The notes beneath the pieces were generated by a model that was given only the letters and a program-made list of their open reading frames with translations, searched no databases and was not told the origin of the DNA. From positions 2,563 to 58,067 of the forward strand of contig DGOV01000079.1 of the NCBI GenBank assembly GCA_002390205.1: 55,505 bases of DNA, given 5' to 3'. Positions 10,426-20,413 of the stretch are shown piece after piece (the first letter of the stretch is position 1; each line of letters begins with the position of its first letter). A program made the translations under genes and the position numbers. This DNA comes from Proteobacteria bacterium UBA4457 (GTDB lineage: Bacteria > Pseudomonadota > Gammaproteobacteria > Ga0077536).

Positions 10426-12099
10426 TTATGATTCAGCACTATCATATTTTTCACGGAGCCTGTTTCGTACAATTATTGCTGTTAAGTTTAATGCAATAAT
10501 TATTACCACTAATAAAAGCGAGGTTGCATATACTAGCGGCCTGGCAGCCTCAACATTTGGACTCTGAAATCCGACATCATATATATGAAATCCTAAATGC
10601 ATGAATTTTTGGTCTAAATGCAAGTAGGGGAAATTGGTATCCAGCGGAAGAGCAGGGGCCATCTTCACGACTCCAACCATCATCAAAGGCGCCACTTCCC
10701 CTGCCGCTCTTGCGACTGCGAGAATCAACCCTGTAATCATCGCAGGTGTCGCCATAGGGAGAACTGTCCTCCAAAGAGTCTCAGCTTTTGTAGCACCTAA
10801 GGCTAAGCTTCCCTCGCGAATGTTTCTTGGAATCCTCGACAACCCTTCTTCCGTAGCAACTATAACTACCGGTACAGTGAGCAATGCAAGTGTCAGAGAC
10901 GACCATAGTAAACCTGGAGTGCCGAAAGTAGGTGCAGGCAGTAAAGCGGGGAATAGTAGCTTATCTATGGACCCACCCACTATATACACAAAAAAACCTA
11001 AACCAAAAACACCGTAAACAATTGACGGGACCCCTGCCAAATTGTTCACGGCAATACGAATAATCTGTGTCCACCGACCTTGGTGAGCATACTCATGCAA
11101 ATAAATTGCAGCTATAACACCAAACGGGGTCACAATTACCGACATCAGCATCACCATCATCACTGTTCCGAAGATTGCGGGAAACACTCCTCCTTCCGTA
11201 TTTGCCTCCCGAGGGTCATCGAAAACAAATTCCCCAACCTTCATGAAATAATGTCCCAACTTCTCAAGCACACTCATACGGTTCGGTTGAAAGACATTAA
11301 TGAGGGTGCTAAATGGCAGTTTTAACGTTTGTCCAGCCGCAGTAGACACGACCAGTGTGTCTCGAGACATTTCGGAATACAATTCTGCCAATTCGAGGTT
11401 AAGGGCTTGATAGCGTTCGTCCCATGTTAGACGTTCCTGCGTAATTTCAGAGTATCGAGAGTCATTCAGACCCACTTGCGCTAAATCAAGTTTCTTGCTC
11501 CTTAGCCTCAATCGTTCAATATTATGATTCACTTTCCCCATTTCTTTTTTCTGGAGATGATTAATCCTATCCTTCAACTCGTTTTTCCTATCCAATCGAA
11601 GTTCTATCTCAGGCCAGAGTTGATCTCCTAAGTTAAGCTTTTGGCCCTCCTGCTCTAGATCTTTAGCAAATCCATAGAAATTCCCCCATTCCTCTCGTTC
11701 GGCAGTAAAAGCGGCTAACGGGTACTCAAGACTGGTAAATTGCGTCGTTGCATACCAATGAAAATCAAACCCAACAACGTCTCGATTCCCTGTTTTTAGT
11801 AAAATTCGATCGACTGAAATTTGCCCCTCTGGAACAAAAGTCCCCAACGCACGAACCTGTTCAGAGGCCACCGTCTCTCTATCTACTATCTCCCCTAACT
11901 CGTAGCGCACCTCAGAGTTAGCGCTTTTCATCTCTAACATCACGCTATTTTTTGGCCAAAAATGTCCCAATCCCTCAAACATAATCAAGCCAAGAAGCCC
12001 AAAGACCATAATAAGACAGAAGCTAACCGTTGCGGCTGTCATCCAAATTCCTGGGGCACCACTGTTTAGCCAAAGCTTTATAGATGAATTTTTCTTCAT
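10426..12099 (-). CDS. pstA: Phosphate ABC transporter permease PstA (long form)
   Basis: [38 protein letters not shown]; roughly 250-aa soluble insert after the first TM. Confidence 0.95.
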   Translation of the reverse strand: MKKNSSIKLWLNSGAPGIWMTAATVSFCLIMVFGLLGLIMFEGLGHFWPKNSVMLEMKSANSEVRYELGEIVDRETVASEQVRALGTFVPEGQISVDRILLKTGNRDVVGFDFHWYATTQFTSLEYPLAAFTAEREEWGNFYGFAKDLEQEGQKLNLGDQLWPEIELRLDRKNELKDRINHLQKKEMGKVNHNIERLRLRSKKLDLAQVGLNDSRYSEITQERLTWDERYQALNLELAELYSEMSRDTLVVSTAAGQTLKLPFSTLINVFQPNRMSVLEKLGHYFMKVGEFVFDDPREANTEGGVFPAIFGTVMMVMLMSVIVTPFGVIAAIYLHEYAHQGRWTQIIRIAVNNLAGVPSIVYGVFGLGFFVYIVGGSIDKLLFPALLPAPTFGTPGLLWSSLTLALLTVPVVIVATEEGLSRIPRNIREGSLALGATKAETLWRTVLPMATPAMITGLILAVARAAGEVAPLMMVGVVKMAPALPLDTNFPYLHLDQKFMHLGFHIYDVGFQSPNVEAARPLVYATSLLLVVIIIALNLTAIIVRNRLREKYDSAES

Positions 12100-12114
12100 T
12101 TTTCCTGCACTTAG

Positions 12115-14364
12115 TTATAGGCTCGAATACTTCTGTCTTAGTCTCTGGCGCACTACTTCAGCAACTGTATTAACCATAAAGGTCACCAAAAACAAAACAA
12201 GCGCTGCGAGAAAAAGAATTCGGTAGTGAGTACTTTCCACCTCTGCTTCAGGCATTTCAACTGCAATATTTGCCGACAAGGCTCTAAATCCTTCAAAAAT
12301 ATTGAGATCCATGATCGGTGTATTACCAGTAGCCATCAACACGATCATTGTTTCGCCAACTGCTCTACCCATACCTATCATTATGGCGGAAAAAATACCT
12401 GGACTCGCCGTCAACAGGATCACTTTTAGGGCCGTTTGCCATCGCGTTGCCCCTAGCGCCAAAGACCCTTGCGTCAGAGAGTGAGGAACACCAAAAACAG
12501 CATCCTCGCTTATAGAAAATATTGTCGGAATCACTGCAAAACCAATCGCTATCCCGACCACAAGAGAATTACGTTGGTCATAAGTAATACCCCAAGCTGT
12601 CGCCATCCAATGCGTTAAGCTACCGTCAAAAAAGTAGATCTGGATAAACTCTCCAAGGATAAAGCTCAAATAAGCACCAATGAAGAGAATAGGTATCAAA
12701 AATAGTCCCTCCCACCCATCCATGTCTATAATTTTCCATCTTGAAGGGAGCCAAGCCCAGGTAAAAGCAGCCAGCAATACCATCATGGGCATAATCAGTA
12801 GAGCCATTGTAAAACCTGGCAAATAACGCTCAATTAATGGGGCCAGCCAAAGTCCAGCTAAAAACCCTAAAATAACAGTAGGTAATGCAGCCATGATCTC
12901 TATCGAAGGTTTAACAATCTTGCGCATTCCGGCTGACATGAAGTATGCCGTGTAAATAGCACCTAATACCGCCAGCGGGATAGCAAATAACATGGAATAG
13001 AAGGTAGCCTTTAACGTACCGTAAGCTAGGGGAGTTAGGCTAAACTTAGGTTCAAAATCATTATTAGAAGCTGAAGATTGCCAGACATATAGAGGTTTAT
13101 CGCGACTTTCGTACCATACTTCCTGCCACAAAGCCGAAAATGAAACTTCAGGGTGCTCGTTATGTACTTCAACCATCCCAATACTGCCATTTTCAGCTCG
13201 AAAAGTAATCGCATCGGCTCTAGGAGAAAACTGAATCCCCTCAGATAGTGCCTGAGTTCCCAAAGTACCTGAAAAAACACGTCGTTCTGCCGTCGCATGA
13301 TAGAGAGAGAAGTTCCCTTTCCGATCAATCGCGCCAAAGGCTTTGCGGTCGTACTCAGCTGCAATATCTGCAACCCCACTATTCATTGGGATAAAAGAAC
13401 GAATTTTTCGCAAACTTGCAATATCCCCAGGGCCACGTACAGGAAACCAGTGAGATAAATTTCCTTGACTATCTCCGACTATAACTGACAAGCCCCCGCT
13501 CAAATACTTTAGTGCTGTAGGTCTGACAGAACCCTCAACAACTTTAACGCGATCAATCAATCGAGGAGATGTTTTATTGGTGATATCGTAAAGCTCGAGC
13601 GTTCCGTCACGGGACAGGAGATACGCCTCTCTCTGATCGACATTCATGGCTAAATGACTGATTTGGTTGCCCTCTAAGCTCAGCGTGGAGCGCTCTATGA
13701 CCCATTCGCCTGTGTCATCCAAAAATGAAGACTCTTTAACTGCACTAACAAGATTAACGCTTCCGTCTTCCGAGACGCCCAGAACAGTGACCCCATCTTC
13801 AGTCGACTGACCAGTTATTAAGCGAATGGCCACACCTTTCTCATCTAAAACGAGCTCTTGGCCTTCTAAAGGTCTTGTTAACGATGGACTCACGAGCCTC
13901 TTATCATTCGGATACGAAATCGTGTAATTAGCCTTAAAGACGTCGGCACGGCCATCATCGGAGCCTGTAATTATGACGTTACTGGTCAGAGCTCCTACTG
14001 CGAAAGAAGACATTTTCGTCCCTGACAGGAAATTCAGAGAGCTAGATTCTATAATTCTCCCGCTATCTGTAGAAAAAAACTGATAACTACCTCCGCCGGA
14101 TATCTGCAAACCTACCTCTTTATATTCATCCAGAGAAACGTAAAGCGGAGCCTCTTTATAATCAACATCAAATTGGGTAACTGCCCCCACTTTCGCCGCT
14201 TGAAATAACGGCGCAACAGAGTAGAAAAGAAAAAGAAAGATAAGCGCGATAGCCACAATCACAATCACTCCGCCTACACTCATTACCCACGCGAATACGC
14301 GATCTTTTACTAGACGGCGCCGTTCATGAGCACGGTTCTTTCCTGAGGACGTTATCGAAGACAT
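12115..14364 (-). CDS. pstC: Phosphate ABC transporter permease PstC (long form with beta-rich N-terminal domain)
   Basis: C-terminal permease (GTLKATFYSM, ALPTVILGF, SLALGATRWQ, RAVGETMIV); roughly 380-aa periplasmic region after TM1. Confidence 0.93.
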   Translation of the reverse strand: MSSITSSGKNRAHERRRLVKDRVFAWVMSVGGVIVIVAIALIFLFLFYSVAPLFQAAKVGAVTQFDVDYKEAPLYVSLDEYKEVGLQISGGGSYQFFSTDSGRIIESSSLNFLSGTKMSSFAVGALTSNVIITGSDDGRADVFKANYTISYPNDKRLVSPSLTRPLEGQELVLDEKGVAIRLITGQSTEDGVTVLGVSEDGSVNLVSAVKESSFLDDTGEWVIERSTLSLEGNQISHLAMNVDQREAYLLSRDGTLELYDITNKTSPRLIDRVKVVEGSVRPTALKYLSGGLSVIVGDSQGNLSHWFPVRGPGDIASLRKIRSFIPMNSGVADIAAEYDRKAFGAIDRKGNFSLYHATAERRVFSGTLGTQALSEGIQFSPRADAITFRAENGSIGMVEVHNEHPEVSFSALWQEVWYESRDKPLYVWQSSASNNDFEPKFSLTPLAYGTLKATFYSMLFAIPLAVLGAIYTAYFMSAGMRKIVKPSIEIMAALPTVILGFLAGLWLAPLIERYLPGFTMALLIMPMMVLLAAFTWAWLPSRWKIIDMDGWEGLFLIPILFIGAYLSFILGEFIQIYFFDGSLTHWMATAWGITYDQRNSLVVGIAIGFAVIPTIFSISEDAVFGVPHSLTQGSLALGATRWQTALKVILLTASPGIFSAIMIGMGRAVGETMIVLMATGNTPIMDLNIFEGFRALSANIAVEMPEAEVESTHYRILFLAALVLFLVTFMVNTVAEVVRQRLRQKYSSL

Positions 14365-14479
14365 GATTACTAAATTGATCTCACTGGCGCTAAGGCTGTT
14401 GGTTAACTATATGTGGAAAAAGAATATACCCTGACTAAAGAAACAACATTTTTAATAAGTAGCTAAAGACTTAATACCT

Positions 14480-14523
14480 AAGCTAAAAAATTTTATGACA
14501 GTTATATGACAGTTGTATGACAA
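14480..14523 (-). promoter_or_regulatory. Triple Pho box and putative -10 of pstCAB-phoU
   Basis: Minus strand reads TTGTCAT-ACAA-CTGTCAT-ATAA-CTGTCAT (14523-14495), an exact 11-bp period. TAGCTT candidate -10 at 14485-14480. Confidence 0.92.
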
Positions 14524-14536
14524 CGGAAGCCAGAGT

Positions 14537-15367
14537 TTAATTTAATGCCCCAATGTATGCGATCCAACCTAGATCTGCATCCATATTCAAAACTGGCTCC
14601 ATCTGAGATGGCTCTTCAGTGATTGGGTCGACAGCTTGAGCGAAAATAATGACCTCAGAAAATCCTGCATCTAGCAATAGTTCTCGTATCTCAGGAAGAG
14701 TCCATAGTCGCCAATCATAAGTAAATGCTCTTTTCAATTTAGACTTATCAGGAAAATGAAAATGTATATGGCAACTAATATCGCTGTTAACCGGATTATA
14801 AGCAGCTTGATCCCAAACATAGGTAAACCCATCAAGCTTAGTTCGTTCTTTTAACTCTCGATAGGCATCACTTCCACCGAAGCAGTCCAAGAAAAAAATT
14901 CCATCTAAGTCAAGATTTTTTCGCACCTTTCTAAAATAACCTAATAGTAGTTTCCGTTCCTTAAACAACCAGTAGCTAAAGTTCATCGCCAGAATGATAT
15001 CCTGCAGAGGCGTTGAGACCTTCAACACATCTCCTCTAATTAGTTTTACGTTAGAACGGGCAGAAGCCTTTAACGCAGGAAGATGGTTCTCGTTAGCCCA
15101 ATTAAGAACTTCACCGTCTATATCAACGCCAATTGCGGTATTTTCTTGTCTACGACTGGCCCATTCAAAGCACACTGCTGCAGTCCCACAAAAATCTTCA
15201 CGCAGAAGAGCAGGCCGACGGCCTCTCAATTTTTTAAATTCAGATTCAATAAAATCAACCTCTGTCTCTGCACACTGCACAGATGACTCATAGAGCTTAT
15301 AGCGATCAGCTTTGACTGCCATGCTGGCCTTCTCTGTCTCCTTGAACTTATCTTTTTCGTTAGGCAA
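14537..15367 (-). CDS. Class I SAM-dependent methyltransferase, substrate unknown
   Basis: Motif I-like LREDFCGTA, GVDID, GDV, AMNFSYW, GIFFLD. Confidence 0.8.
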   Translation of the reverse strand: MPNEKDKFKETEKASMAVKADRYKLYESSVQCAETEVDFIESEFKKLRGRRPALLREDFCGTAAVCFEWASRRQENTAIGVDIDGEVLNWANENHLPALKASARSNVKLIRGDVLKVSTPLQDIILAMNFSYWLFKERKLLLGYFRKVRKNLDLDGIFFLDCFGGSDAYRELKERTKLDGFTYVWDQAAYNPVNSDISCHIHFHFPDKSKLKRAFTYDWRLWTLPEIRELLLDAGFSEVIIFAQAVDPITEEPSQMEPVLNMDADLGWIAYIGALN

Positions 15368-15425
15368 TTTTCAAGTCTCATCTACTAAAACTTAATTATA
15401 GTCACTTGTTTATGAATTATATGTG

Positions 15426-15437
15426 TATAATCGCGCC
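15426..15437 (+). promoter_or_regulatory. -10 element with GC-rich discriminator upstream of rhodanese-typA
   Basis: TATAAT (15426-15431) followed by CGCGCC; no convincing -35. Confidence 0.5.
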
Positions 15438-15467
15438 GATTTACTTAAGCGGCAGTGGTAAGCGACC

Positions 15468-15875
15468 TTGGTACACTCCTTTAATCCAATCGAGGCTAAC
15501 GATTTCCTAGAGAAAAACTCTTCGTCCATCCTAATCGATGTGCGCTCGAAGCTTGAATATAGCTACATCGGCCATCCCTTGGTAGCAAAAAATATAGTGT
15601 GGAAAGATTACCCAGGCTGGGGAATTAACGAAAATTTTGTACAGGAAGTTGAGGAACTAGCTAGAAGTAAGACGGCTATCCATCAAGATAGACCGATCCT
15701 ATTGATTTGCAGAAGTGGGGCTCGCTCAATGGATGCTGCGCTCAAACTCGAGGAGGCGGGCTACACAAGTCTTTTTAACATCGATGAAGGCTTCGAAGGC
15801 GATAAGGATGACCATAACCATCGAAGCAAAGTGAATGGCTGGAAATTTCACGGATTACCGTGGAGACAAGGCTAA
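15468..15875 (+). CDS. Single-domain rhodanese / sulfurtransferase
   Basis: LIDVRS, active-site loop CRSGARS, EGFEGD...NGWKFHGLPW. Confidence 0.88.
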   Translation: MVHSFNPIEANDFLEKNSSSILIDVRSKLEYSYIGHPLVAKNIVWKDYPGWGINENFVQEVEELARSKTAIHQDRPILLICRSGARSMDAALKLEEAGYTSLFNIDEGFEGDKDDHNHRSKVNGWKFHGLPWRQG

Positions 15876-15907
15876 TCTTAACAACTGTCAAACAGCGGTC
15901 CTAATAT

Positions 15908-17746
15908 ATGTCAACTGAAAAACTTCGCAATCTCGCCATTGTGGCGCACGTCGACCACGGCAAGACTACTCTAGTGGACGAGCTCCTTAAGCAAACAGGA
16001 ACACTCGATCATCGAAGAGGAAACGCCAATATTCGTGTGATGGATAGTAATGATATCGAACAAGAAAGAGGAATCACCATCCTCGCTAAAAACACCTCTT
16101 TGAGGTGGAAAGACTATCGAATAAATATCGTCGATACTCCTGGACATGCTGATTTCGGGGGAGAAGTAGAGCGGATTCTATCAATGGTAGACTCTGTCCT
16201 ACTGCTCGTAGACGCTGTAGATGGCCCAATGCCACAAACACGCTTTGTCACGCAGAAAGCCTTCCAGCATGGATTAAAGCCACTCGTCGTGATTAACAAA
16301 TGTGATAGGGATGGCGCTAGACCAAGCTGGGTTTTAGACCGCACATTTGATCTCTTTGATAAACTTGGTGCTACGGACGAGCAGTTGGACTTTCCTGTCA
16401 TATATGCGTCAGCTCTTCAAGGGTATGCGCGAATTGATGAGAATGGAACAGAGACTACTATGGATTCACTATTCGAAGCGATCGTGAAATATATCCCACC
16501 GCCGCCGGTCAATCTAGATGGTCCTTTGCAAATGCAAATCAGCTCTCTGGACTACTCAAGCTATGTAGGCGCTATAGGGATAGGACGGATTACACGAGGA
16601 ACTATTAAGACCAATCAACCTCTGGTGATTATTGACCGAGACGGTATATCCAGACGAGGTAAAGTTTTGGAGGTTCTAGGGTTTCAAGGGCTCGAAAGAG
16701 AAGTCAGAGATTCAGCTGAAGCAGGCGATATCATAGCTATCACCGGTATAGATAAGCTGCGAATATCAGACACCTTGTGCGATCCAGATCACCCAGATCC
16801 GATGACCCCTCTCTCCGTGGATGAGCCAACAGTTAGTATGACTTTCGAAGTATCAGATTCACCCTTCGCTGGGAAAGAAGGCAAATTTGTCACAAGTCGC
16901 CAAATCCTGGAAAGACTGGAACAAGAGCTGATTGCTAACGTGGCGTTACGTGTAGAGAAAACAGAAGACCCTAAGATCCTTATAGTGTCAGGTAGAGGAG
17001 AGCTTCATATTTCAATCTTAATTGAGAATATGAGACGAGAAGGCTTCGCTTTTTGTGTTGGGCGGCCACAAGTCATAGTGAAAGAAGTTGATGGCGTAAA
17101 ATCTGAACCGTTTGAACAAGTAGTCGTTGACGTTCCAGAAGAGTTCCAGGGCGCAGTCATGGAGCGCTTAGGCACTAGACGGGGAAGCCTTCAAAATATG
17201 CAACCTGATGGAACTGGCCGTGTGCGATTAGACTACACTATTCCAGCTAGAGGCCTAATTGGCTTTCGAACTGAATTCATGACTGCCACCGCAGGAAATG
17301 GGTTAATTTTCTCAAGTTTTGACGGCTACCGCCCACTCGAAACGGGTTTGATCGGAGCTCGCAACAAAGGAGTTCTTATTTCAAACGGAAATGGAAAGGC
17401 TTTGGCTTTCGCGCTGTTCAACCTTCAGGAGAGAGGCCGCTTATTTACAGGCCATGGTGACGAAATTTTTGAAGGAATGATTATTGGACAACATTCGCGC
17501 GACAATGACTTAGTCGTAAATCCACTGAAAGCTAAACAACTTAACAATATTCGCGCAGCGGGCACCGACGAAAATTTAATTCTCTCACCACCTATAGTCT
17601 TTGATCTTGAACGAGCTCTTGAGTTTATCGCTGACGATGAATTAGTAGAAGTAACTCCCAAAGCGATAAGGTTGAGGAAGCGACAGCTCACTGAAAACGA
17701 GAGAAAGCGCACACAGCGCTCATCTGATAAGGCAGAAGCGAGTTAG
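15908..17746 (+). CDS. typA: Translational GTPase TypA/BipA
   Basis: [46 protein letters not shown]. Confidence 0.98.
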   Translation: MSTEKLRNLAIVAHVDHGKTTLVDELLKQTGTLDHRRGNANIRVMDSNDIEQERGITILAKNTSLRWKDYRINIVDTPGHADFGGEVERILSMVDSVLLLVDAVDGPMPQTRFVTQKAFQHGLKPLVVINKCDRDGARPSWVLDRTFDLFDKLGATDEQLDFPVIYASALQGYARIDENGTETTMDSLFEAIVKYIPPPPVNLDGPLQMQISSLDYSSYVGAIGIGRITRGTIKTNQPLVIIDRDGISRRGKVLEVLGFQGLEREVRDSAEAGDIIAITGIDKLRISDTLCDPDHPDPMTPLSVDEPTVSMTFEVSDSPFAGKEGKFVTSRQILERLEQELIANVALRVEKTEDPKILIVSGRGELHISILIENMRREGFAFCVGRPQVIVKEVDGVKSEPFEQVVVDVPEEFQGAVMERLGTRRGSLQNMQPDGTGRVRLDYTIPARGLIGFRTEFMTATAGNGLIFSSFDGYRPLETGLIGARNKGVLISNGNGKALAFALFNLQERGRLFTGHGDEIFEGMIIGQHSRDNDLVVNPLKAKQLNNIRAAGTDENLILSPPIVFDLERALEFIADDELVEVTPKAIRLRKRQLTENERKRTQRSSDKAEAS

Positions 17747-17757
17747 CTTCTGCAGTT

Positions 17758-18648
17758 CTAGCTTTCTAGGCTACAGAACGCTTCAATCGCTTTTGTAACA
17801 GGACCGACTCCAGTCGAAAGTGTTATTGAGTAATGGTTAGTAGCAGGGACTTCAATCCAAGTTAGGTGCTCTATTGCAATAGACTTATCTTCAACCGCCT
17901 GCACGGGCAGCATAGGCTTTGGCTGATTCAGCAAGCCACGCTCAGCTGTCATTAGCAATATCGGGGCAGTCACCTTATCAATCATGCTTACCATCGAAGG
18001 AGCCATCAGTCCTTTACCGTCCTCAAAAACAGCCTCTTTAACAACACGACTCTTATAGCCGCCGGATATTTCTTCCAGATCGTAAGTAAAAAAACGCTCT
18101 ACATCATCGTTCCAGTTTATAGCATCCAAAAAAGCGGGGTGCTTATGCCAAAAATCTAGATAATCCTCTATACTTTTGAACTCTAATGAAAGACGATCAA
18201 CTGCTGGACCTAATGTTTTCCTTAAATAATCTTCAGGCTCCATACTTGACGGCCTTGGCAGTGCCAGCCCTCCGTCCACTAATATCAGCCGCTCCAAATA
18301 ATCAGGGAAACGAACTCCAAACTCAACACCAACATAAGCCCCCATTGAGTGTCCGGCCAAAAAGACTGGTTTTTGACTTAACTGTTCAATCACTCTACAC
18401 AAGTCTTCTTGATGCGCAGGCAAGCCGTATCGTCCCTGCAAGCTATTACTAGCACCACGTCCTCTTAAGTCAGGTGCAATGACATCGAAACCCAAACTAC
18501 TCAGCTTTTCGGCAATAGATCCCCAAGCCAAATGAGACGATGAAATTCCATGCACTAAAACAATAGTAGGACCATTATTTGGCCATCTCGCTACGGCAAG
18601 TTCCCCTCCTGCAACCGCAACGTTGATCATCTGCTTTTTTAAGATCAT
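17758..18648 (-). CDS. Alpha/beta hydrolase (esterase/lipase-like)
   Basis: VHGISS oxyanion motif, PDLRGRG, nucleophile elbow GHSMG, C-terminal NHY histidine. Confidence 0.88.
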   Translation of the reverse strand: MILKKQMINVAVAGGELAVARWPNNGPTIVLVHGISSSHLAWGSIAEKLSSLGFDVIAPDLRGRGASNSLQGRYGLPAHQEDLCRVIEQLSQKPVFLAGHSMGAYVGVEFGVRFPDYLERLILVDGGLALPRPSSMEPEDYLRKTLGPAVDRLSLEFKSIEDYLDFWHKHPAFLDAINWNDDVERFFTYDLEEISGGYKSRVVKEAVFEDGKGLMAPSMVSMIDKVTAPILLMTAERGLLNQPKPMLPVQAVEDKSIAIEHLTWIEVPATNHYSITLSTGVGPVTKAIEAFCSLES

Positions 18649-18694
18649 TTACATTCCTTATGTAATCCTATTTCAATAATGTCATTATATACTG

Positions 18695-19162
18695 ATGGCA
18701 ATAAAGCTAAAAAACCTCCTGATTGTGCACCATTCCCGTTCTGGTACCGTGCAGAGAATGGCCGAGGCTGTTATTGCCGGAGCCAGCATCTGCGAAAATA
18801 TCCACGTTGAAACATTAGACCCGCTGCACGCTTCAATAAAAGCGGTAAAAAAAGCTGATGCAATTATCATAGGAACTCCAGAAAACTTCGGGTATATGTC
18901 AGGTGCTGTTAAATTCTTTTTCGAAGAAATCTATTATGAATGCCTAGACTCATCGAGAGGTCTTCCCTACGCCCTGTTTGTTGCGGCAGGCAACGATGGT
19001 AATGGTGCTGTCTCATCAATAAAGCGAATTATAAAGGGCCTAGGATGGAAAGCTGTTGCTGAACCAATCATTTCTAGAGATGGAATAACAGAAGATACAT
19101 TAGAAAGCTGCAGCGAATTGGGCATGACGCTATCGGAAGGGCTAGAATTAGGGCTATATTAA
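18695..19162 (+). CDS. Flavodoxin-fold FMN protein (short WrbA-like)
   Basis: FMN loop HSRSGTVQRMAEAV, GTPENFGYMSG, AAGNDGNGA. Confidence 0.85.
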   Translation: MAIKLKNLLIVHHSRSGTVQRMAEAVIAGASICENIHVETLDPLHASIKAVKKADAIIIGTPENFGYMSGAVKFFFEEIYYECLDSSRGLPYALFVAAGNDGNGAVSSIKRIIKGLGWKAVAEPIISRDGITEDTLESCSELGMTLSEGLELGLY

Positions 19163-19218
19163 CGTACTCAATAAAAAGTCACTCACACCAAGACTCCGAA
19201 CTTTAGCAAGGTCACCAT

Positions 19219-20307
19219 ATGTCTATTGAATCATCCCCTAAAATTAACGAGTCATCTGGAATCACCGAAGTAGACTTTGGTAGTGAGATAGCTGATATAC
19301 GCAAAACAGGCATCGATCCAAACTTTTGGTATCCGGTAGCACGCTCAAAAGATCTTAAATTAGGCAAAACACTTGCGGTAACTTTTTCCGGAGATCCTAT
19401 TGTGCTCGTCCGTCCAAAAAATGGTGAGGCTTTTGCGCTTGAAAATCGTTGCGCTCACCGCCAAGTACCACTCGATATAGGAAAAGTAGCGGGGTGTACT
19501 CTAAAATGCGGCTATCACGGATGGGTATACGATGCTCAAGGAAAATGTATAAGTATTCCATATCTTGATAGCAGTAAAACAAAACGGAACCAAGTGCGCC
19601 ATTATCCCTCTCGCGAGGCTTATGGCCTGTTTTTTATATTTCCAGGTGATCCTGAAAAAATGGAAGACGCAATCTTCCCCAATCTCCCTTCCGCAGACAA
19701 CCCGAAATATAAAACGCGATACCTGAATAGAAAAGTCGACTGTCACTATACTTTTATGCATGAAAACCTAATGGATATGAACCACCAGTTTCTTCATAGA
19801 AAGCTCATGGGTGGAATAAAAACGATGTTCTTAGGTATGCGAGAAGGAAAAAATTGGTTCGAAGCAGACTACACCTTCACCCGAGCAAGTGGCTCACAAC
19901 CGCTCGGTGAAAAGTTCATGCTAGGTGACAGACCCAAAGCTGCTGCAGGTGAGCGAGATCTGATGACTATCAGAACGGAATACCCTTATCAAACGCTCAA
20001 ATTTTGGACAGCAGGTAGCAAAGAACCGGCGCTTGATCTCTGGAATATTTATGTCCCAGTTGATAAAGATAATAGAAAAAATCACACCTTTGGTCTAATG
20101 ATGATCAAACGGCCAAAGATGGGTTTCCTACTTGATATGTTTTGGCCATTTATTATTTGGTTCACTAACGGGATTTTTGCCGAAGACAGAGTTATCTGTG
20201 AGCTAGAGCAAAAAGCCTTTGACGAGAACGATTGCGATTCTAATAATGAAGTCTTTCCCGCCATCAAAGGATTGAGAAAAGTCCTGATTGAAAATGGTAT
20301 TAAATAA
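19219..20307 (+). CDS. Rieske non-heme iron oxygenase alpha subunit
   Basis: CAH...CGYHGW [2Fe-2S] ligands; ENLMDMNHQFLH and distal ED mononuclear iron ligands. Confidence 0.9.
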   Translation: MSIESSPKINESSGITEVDFGSEIADIRKTGIDPNFWYPVARSKDLKLGKTLAVTFSGDPIVLVRPKNGEAFALENRCAHRQVPLDIGKVAGCTLKCGYHGWVYDAQGKCISIPYLDSSKTKRNQVRHYPSREAYGLFFIFPGDPEKMEDAIFPNLPSADNPKYKTRYLNRKVDCHYTFMHENLMDMNHQFLHRKLMGGIKTMFLGMREGKNWFEADYTFTRASGSQPLGEKFMLGDRPKAAAGERDLMTIRTEYPYQTLKFWTAGSKEPALDLWNIYVPVDKDNRKNHTFGLMMIKRPKMGFLLDMFWPFIIWFTNGIFAEDRVICELEQKAFDENDCDSNNEVFPAIKGLRKVLIENGIK

Positions 20308-20413
20308 GAGAAACCATACATTTATGGCTAATGGACATCTCGCTACGGTTACTCCATCTCACTCATGGTGAGAAAAGGCGACTAACACCACCTTAAAAAG
20401 ATTAGTCGATCAA

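Noticed and set aside
14363-14434. 23-codon plus-strand ORF (MITKLISLALRLLVNYMWKKNIP) antisense to the pstC leader
   Set aside because: No SD, no recognisable motif, and short enough to occur by chance.
18660-18688. Fur box or Pho box in the hydrolase/flavodoxin gap
   Set aside because: ATAAT-N3-ATTAT spacing does not fit Fur 7-1-7 or the 19-bp box; the Pho-like half-sites ATGTAAT and ATGTCAT are 19 bp apart, not 11 or 22.
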